NCBI GenBank assembly: GCA_963785455.1
Contig: CAWAVL010000014.1
Coordinates: 145,444 to 209,443, forward strand
Reading direction: 5' to 3'
DNA length: 64,000 nt
Origin: an uncultured Actinomycetota bacterium
Lineage (GTDB): Bacteria; Actinomycetota; Actinomycetes; Mycobacteriales; Nakamurellaceae
Shown here: piece after piece, positions 31,162-39,766 of the stretch
Layout: each line of letters opens with the position of its first letter
Numbering within the stretch: the stretch's first letter is position 1
Made by a program: the position numbers and the translations under genes
Notes under the pieces: model-generated
The model's input: only the letters and a program-made list of their open reading frames with translations
Told to the model about the DNA's origin: nothing
The model's database searches: none

Positions 31162-32387
31162 GCCGCGACCTCGGCGGCCAGGAACTCGCTCAGCCCGTCC
31201 AGCAGTCGGTCGACGTCGGAGCGGTCGGTGTACGGGTTCACACCGATCCGCAGTCCCCCACCGTCGCCCAGCCCCAGCTGCCGGGAGGCCTCCAGGGCGT
31301 AGAACGATCCAGCCGGGGCGTACACGCCGAGCATTGCCAGGAACTCGTAGGCCCGGACCGCTTCCCGGCCCTCGAACGTGATCAGCAGCGTGGGCGTCCG
31401 GTGGGCCGCCCGGGAATGCAGCACCACACCCGGCAGGTTGCGCACGCCGTCCTCGATGACGGCACGCAGACCGTCCTCGTGCTGATGCACCGCCGCCATG
31501 GCGGCCAGCACCCGTTGCCGCCGATCATCAGCCGGGTCGGCACCGGCGAGGCCGGCGAGGAAGTCCACCGCCGCTGTCGTGCCGGCCAGCAACTCGTACG
31601 GCAGGGTGCCAAGCTCGAACCGTTCCGGGACGAGATCGGTTGACGGCAGCAGCTTCGGCGGGTGCAACCGCTCGAGCTGATCCGGCCCGGCGGCCAGCAC
31701 ACCGCAGTGCGGGCCGAGGAACTTGTACGGCGAGCAGGCGTAGAAATCGGCGCCCAGGGCATCCATGTCCACCGCGGCATGCGCGGTGAAGTGCACGCCG
31801 TCGACGTAGCACAGCGCGCCCACACGGTGGGCCAGCGCCGCGATCTCGGCGACGTCGGGCCGGGTTCCGATCAGGTTCGACGCCGCGGTGACGGCGACCA
31901 GCCGGGTGCGGGCGGAGATCGCCGCCGCGACGTTGCCCACCGGCAGTTCACCGGTTCCCGGGTCGAACTCGGCCCACCGCACCGTGGCACCGGCAGACTG
32001 TGCCGCGAACACCCACGGCCGGATGTTGGCGTCGTGATCGAGCCGGGACACCACGATCTCGTCGCCGGGCAGCCAGTCGGCGGCCAGCGTGCGGGCCATG
32101 TCCATGGTCAGCTGCGTCATGCTGCGGCCGAAGATGACGCCCGCCGGTTCGGCGCCGAGCAGGTCCGCCATCGCCAGCCGGGCCTGCAGGACCACGGTGT
32201 CGGCCAGTCTCTCGCCCGGCGTGACGATCCCCCGGTTGGACAGTCCTGCGGTGAGTGTCCCGCTGATCGCCTCGGCGACCACACCGGGCACCTGGGAGCC
32301 CCCGGGACCGTCGAAGTGCGCGGCACCCCCGGCCAGCGCCGGGAAGTGCGCACGCACCGCTGCGACGTCGTACGGTGCGCCGGTCAT
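31158..32387 (-). CDS. cysteine desulfurase-like class V aminotransferase (Rv3778c-like)
   Basis: DVAAVRAHFPAL...HFDGPGGSQVP, LDHDANIRPW, VDGVH, SPYKF (PLP Lys), FELGTLPYE. Confidence 0.9.
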   Translation of the reverse strand: MTGAPYDVAAVRAHFPALAGGAAHFDGPGGSQVPGVVAEAISGTLTAGLSNRGIVTPGERLADTVVLQARLAMADLLGAEPAGVIFGRSMTQLTMDMARTLAADWLPGDEIVVSRLDHDANIRPWVFAAQSAGATVRWAEFDPGTGELPVGNVAAAISARTRLVAVTAASNLIGTRPDVAEIAALAHRVGALCYVDGVHFTAHAAVDMDALGADFYACSPYKFLGPHCGVLAAGPDQLERLHPPKLLPSTDLVPERFELGTLPYELLAGTTAAVDFLAGLAGADPADDRRQRVLAAMAAVHQHEDGLRAVIEDGVRNLPGVVLHSRAAHRTPTLLITFEGREAVRAYEFLAMLGVYAPAGSFYALEASRQLGLGDGGGLRIGVNPYTDRSDVDRLLDGLSEFLAAEVAA

Positions 32388-32704
32388 CCGAACGGATTGT
32401 CTTCCGGCAACCGGAGCTCCGGCTTGTCGAGCTCCTCGACATTGACGTCCTTGAACGTCACCACCCGCACGTTCTTGACGAAGCGGGCCGGGCGGTACAT
32501 GTCCCACACCCAGGCGTCGGACATCCGCAGCTCGAAGTACATGTCCCCCTCCGGATGACGAACCTGCAGATCCACCGCGTTGCACAGGTAGAACCTGCGC
32601 TCGGTCTCCACCACGTACGAGAACTGCCCGACGATGTCCCGGTACTCCCGGTAGAGCTGCAGCTCCATCTCGGTCTCGTACTGCTCGAGGTCCTCTGCGC
32701 TCAT
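32384..32704 (-). CDS. DUF2469 family protein
   Basis: MSAEDLEQYETEMELQLYREYRD...ETERRFYLCN...DAWVWDMYRPARFVK, conserved actinobacterial protein after rnhB. Confidence 0.93.
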   Translation of the reverse strand: MSAEDLEQYETEMELQLYREYRDIVGQFSYVVETERRFYLCNAVDLQVRHPEGDMYFELRMSDAWVWDMYRPARFVKNVRVVTFKDVNVEELDKPELRLPEDNPFG

Positions 32705-32768
32705 CGTGACCGCCCCTGCCTGCACGTGTGTCCGTCATCCGACTCGAAGCCGCTCTCCCGGCAGTTCA

Positions 32769-33575
32769 TCATCCCCCCGGCAACGGCGACTCGGCGGCCG
32801 GCTCGGCGGCCGGCTCGCAGAACAGACCCGGTTCCTCGCAGGGCAGCCGCCAGCTACAGCGGTGCACCGGCGACGGGCCGTGCACCCGAAGAGCGGCCAG
32901 GTGTTCCGGGGTGCCGTAGCCCTTGTTGATCGCGAACCCGTAGGCGGGGTGCCGGGGCGCCAGCTCGGTGAGCAGCCGGTCGCGTTCGGTCTTGGCCAGC
33001 ACGCTGGCGCCGGCCACCGCGGCACAGGTCAGGTCCGCCTTGATCCGCAGGTGCACCACCGGCTCGACCGCCCTGCGCGGCCGCTCGGCGAGCTCGAACA
33101 GCGGCGGGTCGTCACCGGGCTCGGGAACCACGCGCGGCGCGCTGAGGTAGTTGTGATTGCCGTCCAGCAGCACGGCATCCACCGGGCCGGACAGTGCCGA
33201 CAACGCCCGCCGGCCGGCAGTGCGCAGTGCTTCGATGATGCCGATGGTGTCGATCTCCGCCGGGCTGGCATGACCGACGGCGTACTCGCTCACCCACCGG
33301 CGGACCGGCCGAACCAGCTTCTCCCTGGCCGTCGGCGTCAGCAGCTTGGAGTCGGCCAGGCCCGGCGGCACCCGGCCGATGGCGGGCGTGATCACCACGA
33401 CCCCGACCGTCACCGGCCCGGCCAGCGCTCCCCTGCCGACCTCGTCCATCGCGGCCAGCCGGGTGATACCGCCGCGGAACAATTCCTTCTCGAAGCGCAG
33501 CGAGGGCCTCCGCTGCACCGGCTTCTTCGGCGGAGCCGTCACCCTGGCGGCGCGCAGGTCGACCCGGACGGTCAT
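32769..33575 (-). CDS. rnhB: ribonuclease HII
   Basis: MDEVGRGALAGPV, DSKLL, LLDG, ASVLAKTERD, NKGYGTPEH. Confidence 0.95.
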   Translation of the reverse strand: MTVRVDLRAARVTAPPKKPVQRRPSLRFEKELFRGGITRLAAMDEVGRGALAGPVTVGVVVITPAIGRVPPGLADSKLLTPTAREKLVRPVRRWVSEYAVGHASPAEIDTIGIIEALRTAGRRALSALSGPVDAVLLDGNHNYLSAPRVVPEPGDDPPLFELAERPRRAVEPVVHLRIKADLTCAAVAGASVLAKTERDRLLTELAPRHPAYGFAINKGYGTPEHLAALRVHGPSPVHRCSWRLPCEEPGLFCEPAAEPAAESPLPGG

Positions 33576-34396
33576 CAGTTCGCCGGGTTCCCCGGGTCGA
33601 TGTCGGGGTTGCCGATGGTGCCCCACCGGGACGGCGGCATCACGATCGCGATCGCCTTGCCGATCACGTTGTCCACCGGGATCGGGCCCTGGCACATCGC
33701 CGCACTGGCGGGCGGGAAACCCTGGCAGCCGTAGGAGGAGTCGGCCGAGTTGGACCGGTGATCGCCCATCACCCACAGCTGGCCGGTCGGGACCGTCACC
33801 GGGCCGAAGCAGCGCCGGGACAGGTTCGGTGACGTGGTGCAGTCCAGTTGCCCGGGGACGAACTCGATCGGCTCGTAGATGTACGGCTCGTCCAGCGACC
33901 GCCCATCCACCATCACGTTCCCGGTGGCGTCGCAGCACTGCACGGTCTGCCCGCCGACGGCGATGACCCGCTTGACATAGTCCTTCTCGTTCGGCGGGGC
34001 GATCCCGACCACCGAGCCCAGGGCCTGCACCGCCTTCCCGAACCAGGTGGCGGGTTCGGCGATACTCGTCTCCGGGGCCCAGCTGGCGGGTCCGGCGAAC
34101 ACGACGACGTCACCCTGCTGCGGATCGCGGAAGTCGTACACGACCTTGTTGGCCAGGATGCGGTCACCACCGCTGGTGGCGCCGTGCAGGGTCTGTTCCA
34201 TGGAGCCGGACGGCACGTAGTACACCTTCGCCACGAAGGTCTGGATCAGGAAAGTCAGCGCGAACGCAATGACGATCAGGATCGGCAGCTCGATCCAGAA
34301 CGGGCGCTTCTTCGCCGGCTGCCGTTTCGGGGGCGCCTGCTCGGCGCTGCCGTCGGCCGGCTCGGACGCGACCGCCTCGGATTCGTTATCGCTCAT
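33575..34396 (-). CDS. lepB: signal peptidase I
   Basis: TM segment, VPSGSMEQTL (Ser), DYVKRVI (Lys), VMGDHRSNSADS. Confidence 0.95.
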   Translation of the reverse strand: MSDNESEAVASEPADGSAEQAPPKRQPAKKRPFWIELPILIVIAFALTFLIQTFVAKVYYVPSGSMEQTLHGATSGGDRILANKVVYDFRDPQQGDVVVFAGPASWAPETSIAEPATWFGKAVQALGSVVGIAPPNEKDYVKRVIAVGGQTVQCCDATGNVMVDGRSLDEPYIYEPIEFVPGQLDCTTSPNLSRRCFGPVTVPTGQLWVMGDHRSNSADSSYGCQGFPPASAAMCQGPIPVDNVIGKAIAIVMPPSRWGTIGNPDIDPGNPAN

Positions 34397-34441
34397 CGAG
34401 GTCAGGCTACGGTCCGCCGGGTGAGCGGACCGTGACCGCGA

Positions 34442-34792
34442 TCAGCGGCCCTGCCGCTTTTCCTTGATCTTGGCGGCCTTGCCGCGCAGATCCCGCAGGT
34501 AGTACAGCTTGGCGCGCCGGACGTCGCCGCGGGTCACCAGCTCGATCCGGTCCAGGTTCGGGGAGTGCACCGGGAAGGTGCGCTCGACGCCGACGCCGAA
34601 GCTGATCTTGCGGACGGTGAACGTCTCGCGGATGCCGCCGCCCTGGCGACGGATGACGTGGCCGGCGAACACCTGGATCCGGGAGCGGGTGCCCTCGATG
34701 ACCTTGACGTGCACCTTGACCGTGTCACCGGGCCGGAAGTCCGGGATGTCGGACCGCAGCGAGGCGGCGTCCAGCGTGTCAAGGGTGTTCAT
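34442..34792 (-). CDS. rplS: 50S ribosomal protein L19
   Basis: [46 protein letters not shown]. Confidence 0.98.
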   Translation of the reverse strand: MNTLDTLDAASLRSDIPDFRPGDTVKVHVKVIEGTRSRIQVFAGHVIRRQGGGIRETFTVRKISFGVGVERTFPVHSPNLDRIELVTRGDVRRAKLYYLRDLRGKAAKIKEKRQGR

Positions 34793-34906
34793 GGCGATGT
34801 CCTCTTCAAGATCAGCAAGCGATGTCGGCACAGTCGCGCGTCAGGTCGCGCAGGGATGGCTGCCGCGAGATGGCAACCTGTCCATTGTGCCAGACCGGGG
34901 AGGCGA

Positions 34907-35608
34907 TCAGGAAACCGGCGGCAGCAGGTCCGGGCGGTTGGCACTGGTGCGGCGCAGCGATTCGGCCCTGCGGAAGGCGGCGACCGCCCCGTGATCGCCG
35001 CTGGTCAGCACGGGTGGCACGGCAAGTCCCCGGTACACCGCGGGGCGGGTGTAGCTCGGCGCCTCCAGCAGATCGGTCAGCTCGCCGGAGAAGGAGTCGT
35101 CACCGGCCGAGCCGGGATTGCCGAGCACGCCCGGGACCAGCCGGGTGACGGCCTCGATGATCACCATTGCAGCGACCTCGCCGCCGGCCAGCACATAGTC
35201 GCCGATCGACAACTCCAGCACCGGCATCCGCCGGGCCGCGTCGACGATCACCCGCTGATCGATGCCCTCGTACCGGCCGCAGGCGAAGACCAGGTGCTCG
35301 GCGGCCGACAGGTCCTGCGCGAAGGCCTGGGTGAAACGGCGACCGGCCGGGGTCGGCACGACCAGCGTCGGGCCGGTCCCGTGACCCGCTACGTCGTCCA
35401 GCGCCCGACCCCAGACGTCGGGCCGCATCACCATCCCGGGACCGCCGCCGTACGGCGAGTCGTCGACGGTGCGATGGCGGTCGGTCGCCCAGCCGCGCAG
35501 GTCGTGCACGTCCAACCGGACGACGCCGTCGGCGATCGCCTTGCCCAGCAGGGACTCCCGCAGCGGTTCGAGGTACCCGGGAAAAATCGTGACGACGCTG
35601 ATCAACAT
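34907..35608 (-). CDS. trmD: tRNA (guanine-N1)-methyltransferase
   Basis: VTIFP, VDDSPYGGGPGMVM, CGRYEGIDQRV, SIGDYVLAGGE. Confidence 0.97.
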   Translation of the reverse strand: MLISVVTIFPGYLEPLRESLLGKAIADGVVRLDVHDLRGWATDRHRTVDDSPYGGGPGMVMRPDVWGRALDDVAGHGTGPTLVVPTPAGRRFTQAFAQDLSAAEHLVFACGRYEGIDQRVIVDAARRMPVLELSIGDYVLAGGEVAAMVIIEAVTRLVPGVLGNPGSAGDDSFSGELTDLLEAPSYTRPAVYRGLAVPPVLTSGDHGAVAAFRRAESLRRTSANRPDLLPPVS

Positions 35609-35707
35609 CAGTGCTCGATTCAATCGTCGGCTGTTCACCCAACGCAAAGCTGCGCACTCGCCCCGGCCCGCGACCGGGGCTCGCTGGAGCAGCCGTGAAC
35701 AGCCTTT

Positions 35708-36214
35708 CTAGGCGAACATGCCGTCCGGCGGCTCCACCACCAGGGAGCCGGCGTCCAGATCGACGACCGGGACGATCGCCGAGACGAACGGGACCAGTTC
35801 CTGCGACCCGTCAGGGCGGTCCACCGCGAGCACCGGTGATGCCGGCGGATGAAGCACCTCGACCACGGTGCCCAGCACGGTGCCGGCCCGGTCCAGTACG
35901 GACAGGCCGACCAGCTGGTGGTCGTAGAACTCGTCCGGGTCGTCCGGCACCGGGAGCAGCGAGCTGTCCGCGGTCAGCAACGTTCCGCGCAGCGACTCCG
36001 CCGCGTCGCGGTCGGCGATGCCGGCGAACCCGACCACGAGGACGGGTCCCGACCGGCGCATCCCGGTGACGGTGAGCGGGCCACGCCCGGCGGGGTCCGT
36101 TTCCAGAACCGCGCCGGGCGCGAAACGGTGCTCGGGATCGTCGGTGCTCACCGCGACGGTGACCTCGCCGCGCAGGCCGTGCGGCCGGCCGATGCGACCG
36201 ACGATGACGTCCAC
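35708..36214 (-). CDS. rimM: ribosome maturation factor RimM
   Basis: VGRIGRPHGLRGEV, DEFYDHQLVGL, LVPFVSAIVP.VD. Confidence 0.95.
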   Translation of the reverse strand: MDVIVGRIGRPHGLRGEVTVAVSTDDPEHRFAPGAVLETDPAGRGPLTVTGMRRSGPVLVVGFAGIADRDAAESLRGTLLTADSSLLPVPDDPDEFYDHQLVGLSVLDRAGTVLGTVVEVLHPPASPVLAVDRPDGSQELVPFVSAIVPVVDLDAGSLVVEPPDGMFA

Positions 36215-36224
36215 GACAGGAAGG

Positions 36225-36464
36225 TCAGCGGTCGGTGTCGACGACGTCGACCCTGATCCCGCGGCCGCCGACCGCGGACATCACGGTCCGCAGCGCGGTG
36301 GCGGTGCGGCCGGCGCGACCGATCACCTTGCCCAGATCGTCCGGGTGGACGCGGATCTGCAGGGTACGGCCGCGGCGACCGGTCATCAGCTCGACGCTGA
36401 CGTCGTCGGAGTTGTCGACGATGCCCCGGACCAGGTGTTCCAGGGCGTCCTCGAGCATGCTCAC
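36225..36464 (-). CDS. khpA: KH-domain RNA-binding protein
   Basis: [28 protein letters not shown] between rpsP and rimM. Confidence 0.93.
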   Translation of the reverse strand: MSMLEDALEHLVRGIVDNSDDVSVELMTGRRGRTLQIRVHPDDLGKVIGRAGRTATALRTVMSAVGGRGIRVDVVDTDR

Positions 36465-36961
36465 GACGCGTCGGTGCTCTCGGCCGCTGCCGGGGTGCTG
36501 TCGGCGGCCGGTGCTTCGGCGGCAGCAGCATCGGCGGCCGGTGCTTCGGCGGCAGCAGCATCGGCGGCCGGCGCGGTGCGCTTGCGCTTCGGGGTGGTCG
36601 CGGACGAGCCCTCGTCGGTGCCGATGGACGCCATGGCGGCGTCGTACAGCGCGCGCTTGTCGGCCTTCGGCTCGGCCCGGCGCAGGGTGCCCTCGGTGCC
36701 CGGCAGTCCCTTGAACTTCTGCCAGTCACCGGTCACCTTGAGCAGCGCCTGGACCGACTCCGTCGGCTGCGCGCCGACACCGAGCCAGTACTGCACGCGA
36801 TCCGAGTCGACCTGGATGACACTCGGCTCTGCCTTGGGGTGGTACAGCCCGATGTTCTCGATCGCCCGACCGCTGCGGCGGGTGCGGGCGTCGGCGACGA
36901 CGATCCGGTAGAACGGCTCGCGGATCTTGCCGAAACGGGCGAGCTTGATCTTGACAGCCAC
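36461..36961 (-). CDS. rpsP: 30S ribosomal protein S16 with Ala-rich C-terminal extension
   Basis: [34 protein letters not shown]. Confidence 0.97.
   Translation of the reverse strand: MAVKIKLARFGKIREPFYRIVVADARTRRSGRAIENIGLYHPKAEPSVIQVDSDRVQYWLGVGAQPTESVQALLKVTGDWQKFKGLPGTEGTLRRAEPKADKRALYDAAMASIGTDEGSSATTPKRKRTAPAADAAAAEAPAADAAAAEAPAADSTPAAAESTDAS
36501..36570. repeat. 30-nt tandem repeat (2.3 copies) in the S16 tail
   Basis: TCGGCGGCCGGTGCTTCGGCGGCAGCAGCA x2 plus 10 nt; encodes [10 protein letters not shown] units. Confidence 0.9.
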
Positions 36962-37108
36962 GGTGGTGGAGTACTCCTTGCAGGTGAAGAATGGACGGGC
37001 GTCACGGGTCCGCGTGGGGCAGCGATCCGGACGCACCAATGGCGGCCGCGCCCGGAGAGAGGGGCCGGACGGCAGCCGTAACCGAGCCATTCTGTCACAC
37101 CGGCACAG

Positions 37109-38194
37109 TCAGATCCGCCAAGGGCGAACGACCTTCCCGGCCCGCACCACGAACGACGGGGCGTGCAGCGCGTCGAGATCCTCGGCCGGATCGACCGGGT
37201 ACACGGTCAGGTCGGCGGACCCGCCGATGTCGTAGATCGGCAGCCGTAGCCAGTGCCGCGCACCGTGGGACGTCGCGTACAGGGCCTGCCGGGCGCCCAG
37301 GAGCTCACCCATCGCCTGGACCTCGTCGGCGACCCGGCCGTGTTGGACGAAACCACCGGCGTCGGTGCCCGCGTGCACCTCGATGCCCGCGTCGACGGCG
37401 GCCCGAATGGTGTCGGCGTTGCGGGCGTGCAGGTCGTGCATGTGCTTGGCGTAGGTCGGGTACTTCGCGGCGGCGTCGGCGAACGACGGGAAGTTCGCGA
37501 TGTTGATCAGCGTCGGCACCAGATGGACGCCGTTGCGCGCGGCCAGCGCGATGGTGTCGTCGGTGAGCCCGGTGCCGTGCTCGATGCAGTCCACCCCGGC
37601 GGCCAGCAGTCCCGGCAGGGCATCCTCGCCGAACACGTGCGTTGTCACCCTGGCCCCGCCGGCATGGGCGACGGCGACCGCCTCGGCGAGCACGTCGTCC
37701 GGCCACAGCGGCGCGAGATCGCCGACGGAGCGGTCGATCCAGTCGCCGACGATCTTGATCCACTGGCCGCTGCCGTAGACCAGCTGGCGACCGACCTCGG
37801 CCGGCAGGTCGGCCGGATCCTCCAGGTCGACGCCCAGCGCACGGATGTAGCGGCGGGCCTTGGCGATGTGCCGGCCGGCCCGGATCAGCACCGGGAGGTC
37901 GTCGCGGTCGACGAGCGAGTGGGTGTCCAACGGAGAACCACAGTCCCGCAGGGCAAGTGCACCGGCGTCCAGGTTCGTCCTGGCCTGCTCCTCGGCCTCG
38001 TCGAGGGTTGCGGTGCCGTCGGGTGAGTACCCGACGTGGCAGTGTGCGTCGACAAACCCCGGCAGCACGTACCCGTTGATCTCGATGGCGTCTTCGATCG
38101 GGCCGTCGACGAACCGGCCCGCCACCGCCCAGAAGTCGACCGGTTCTCCCGTCGCGGGGTCGATCCCGCTGACGTGCAGGCCGGTCAACGTCAC
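37109..38194 (-). CDS. amidohydrolase family protein
   Basis: LPGFVDAHCH (HxH), IEHGTG, AGTDAGG; conserved gene between ffh and rpsP in actinobacteria. Confidence 0.9.
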   Translation of the reverse strand: MTLTGLHVSGIDPATGEPVDFWAVAGRFVDGPIEDAIEINGYVLPGFVDAHCHVGYSPDGTATLDEAEEQARTNLDAGALALRDCGSPLDTHSLVDRDDLPVLIRAGRHIAKARRYIRALGVDLEDPADLPAEVGRQLVYGSGQWIKIVGDWIDRSVGDLAPLWPDDVLAEAVAVAHAGGARVTTHVFGEDALPGLLAAGVDCIEHGTGLTDDTIALAARNGVHLVPTLINIANFPSFADAAAKYPTYAKHMHDLHARNADTIRAAVDAGIEVHAGTDAGGFVQHGRVADEVQAMGELLGARQALYATSHGARHWLRLPIYDIGGSADLTVYPVDPAEDLDALHAPSFVVRAGKVVRPWRI

Positions 38195-39756
38195 TTCTTC
38201 GGGAACTTGAGCTGCGACGGGTCGAACCCGGGCGGTAGCTGGTCGAGACCGAAGCCACCTGGAGCCGCCCCCGGCGCGCCGCCCATGCCCGGCATGCCGC
38301 CCATCCCCGGCGGCAGCGCACCCACCCCGGGGAAGCCGCCCGGCATGCCCTTGACCTTGGGCTGGGTAGGGCCGCGACCGGTGGAGCGCTTGCCGGCCTT
38401 GCCCTTGCGCCCCTTGGCGGCCTTGCGGTTGGACGGACGGCCACCGGGCAGGCCGAACCGGCCGGCCATCGACGACATCATCTTGCGGGCCTCGAAGAAC
38501 CGGTCGACCAACGCGTTCACCTGGGCGACGGTGGATCCCGAGCCCTTGGCGATCCGCTGCCGACGTGAGGCGTTGATGATCTTGGGCTCGGCGCGCTCCG
38601 CGGGCGTCATCGACTGGATGATCGCCGCCGTCCGGTCGATGTCCCGATCGTCGACGTTCGCCAACGCCTCCTTCATCTGACCGGCACCCGGCAGCATGCC
38701 CAGCAACCCGCCGATGGGGCCCATCTTGCGGATCATCATCATCTGCTGCAGGAAGTCCTCCAGCGTGAAGTCGTTACCGGCCATCTTGGTGGCCATGGCC
38801 TCGGCCTGCTCGGCCTCGAAGTGCTGTTCGGCCTGTTCGATCAGGGTGAGGATGTCGCCCATGCCGAGGATCCGGGAGGCCATCCGGTCAGGGTGGAAGG
38901 TGTCGAAGTCGGCGAGCTTCTCGCCGGTGGACGCGAACATGATCGGCCGGCCGGTCACCTGGCGAACGGACAGGGCGGCACCACCGCGGGCGTCACCGTC
39001 CAGCTTGGTGAGCACCACCCCGGAGAAGCCGACCCCGTCGCGGAACGCCTCGGCCGTCGCGACCGCGTCCTGACCGATCATCGCGTCGACGACGAACAGG
39101 ATCTCGTCGGGATGGACGGCGTCGCGGATGTCGATGGCCTGCTGCATCATCTCGGCGTCCACGCCCAGCCGGCCGGCGGTGTCGACGATCACGATGTCGT
39201 GCAGCCGTACCCGCGCCTGGTCGATGCCACTCTTGGCCACCGCCACCGGGTCGCCGACGCCGCTGCCGGGTTCCGGCGCCCACACCGGCACACCGGCCTG
39301 CTCGCCGACGATCTGCAACTGCTGCACCGCGTTCGGCCGCTGCAGGTCGGAGGCCACCAGCATCGGCGTGTGGCCCTGGCCCTTGAGCCACAGCGACAGC
39401 TTGCCGGCCAGCGTGGTCTTGCCGGCGCCCTGCAGGCCGGCCAGCATGATGACGGTCGGCGGGTTCTTGGCGAACGTCAGCCGGCGGGTCTCGCCGCCCA
39501 GGATCCCGATCAATTCCTCGTTGACGATCTTGATGACCTGCTGCGCGGGGTTCAGCGCGGCCGACACCTCGACGCCGTTCGCCCGCTCCTTGATCCGGGC
39601 GATGAAGGCGCGCACCACCGGCAGGGCGACGTCCGCCTCGAGCAGGGCGATGCGGATCTCCCGGCACGTGGCGTCGATATCGGCCGGGGTCAGCCGACCC
39701 TTGCCGCGCAGATTGGAGAAGACCGTGGACAGCCGGTCGGAGAGGGTTTCGAACAC
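38191..39756 (-). CDS. ffh: signal recognition particle protein
   Basis: VFETLSDRL, GLQGAGKTT, DTAGRL, TKLDGDARGGAALS, RMASRILGMGD. Confidence 0.98.
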   Translation of the reverse strand: MFETLSDRLSTVFSNLRGKGRLTPADIDATCREIRIALLEADVALPVVRAFIARIKERANGVEVSAALNPAQQVIKIVNEELIGILGGETRRLTFAKNPPTVIMLAGLQGAGKTTLAGKLSLWLKGQGHTPMLVASDLQRPNAVQQLQIVGEQAGVPVWAPEPGSGVGDPVAVAKSGIDQARVRLHDIVIVDTAGRLGVDAEMMQQAIDIRDAVHPDEILFVVDAMIGQDAVATAEAFRDGVGFSGVVLTKLDGDARGGAALSVRQVTGRPIMFASTGEKLADFDTFHPDRMASRILGMGDILTLIEQAEQHFEAEQAEAMATKMAGNDFTLEDFLQQMMMIRKMGPIGGLLGMLPGAGQMKEALANVDDRDIDRTAAIIQSMTPAERAEPKIINASRRQRIAKGSGSTVAQVNALVDRFFEARKMMSSMAGRFGLPGGRPSNRKAAKGRKGKAGKRSTGRGPTQPKVKGMPGGFPGVGALPPGMGGMPGMGGAPGAAPGGFGLDQLPPGFDPSQLKFPKK

Positions 39757-39766
39757 GCTGACGAGG

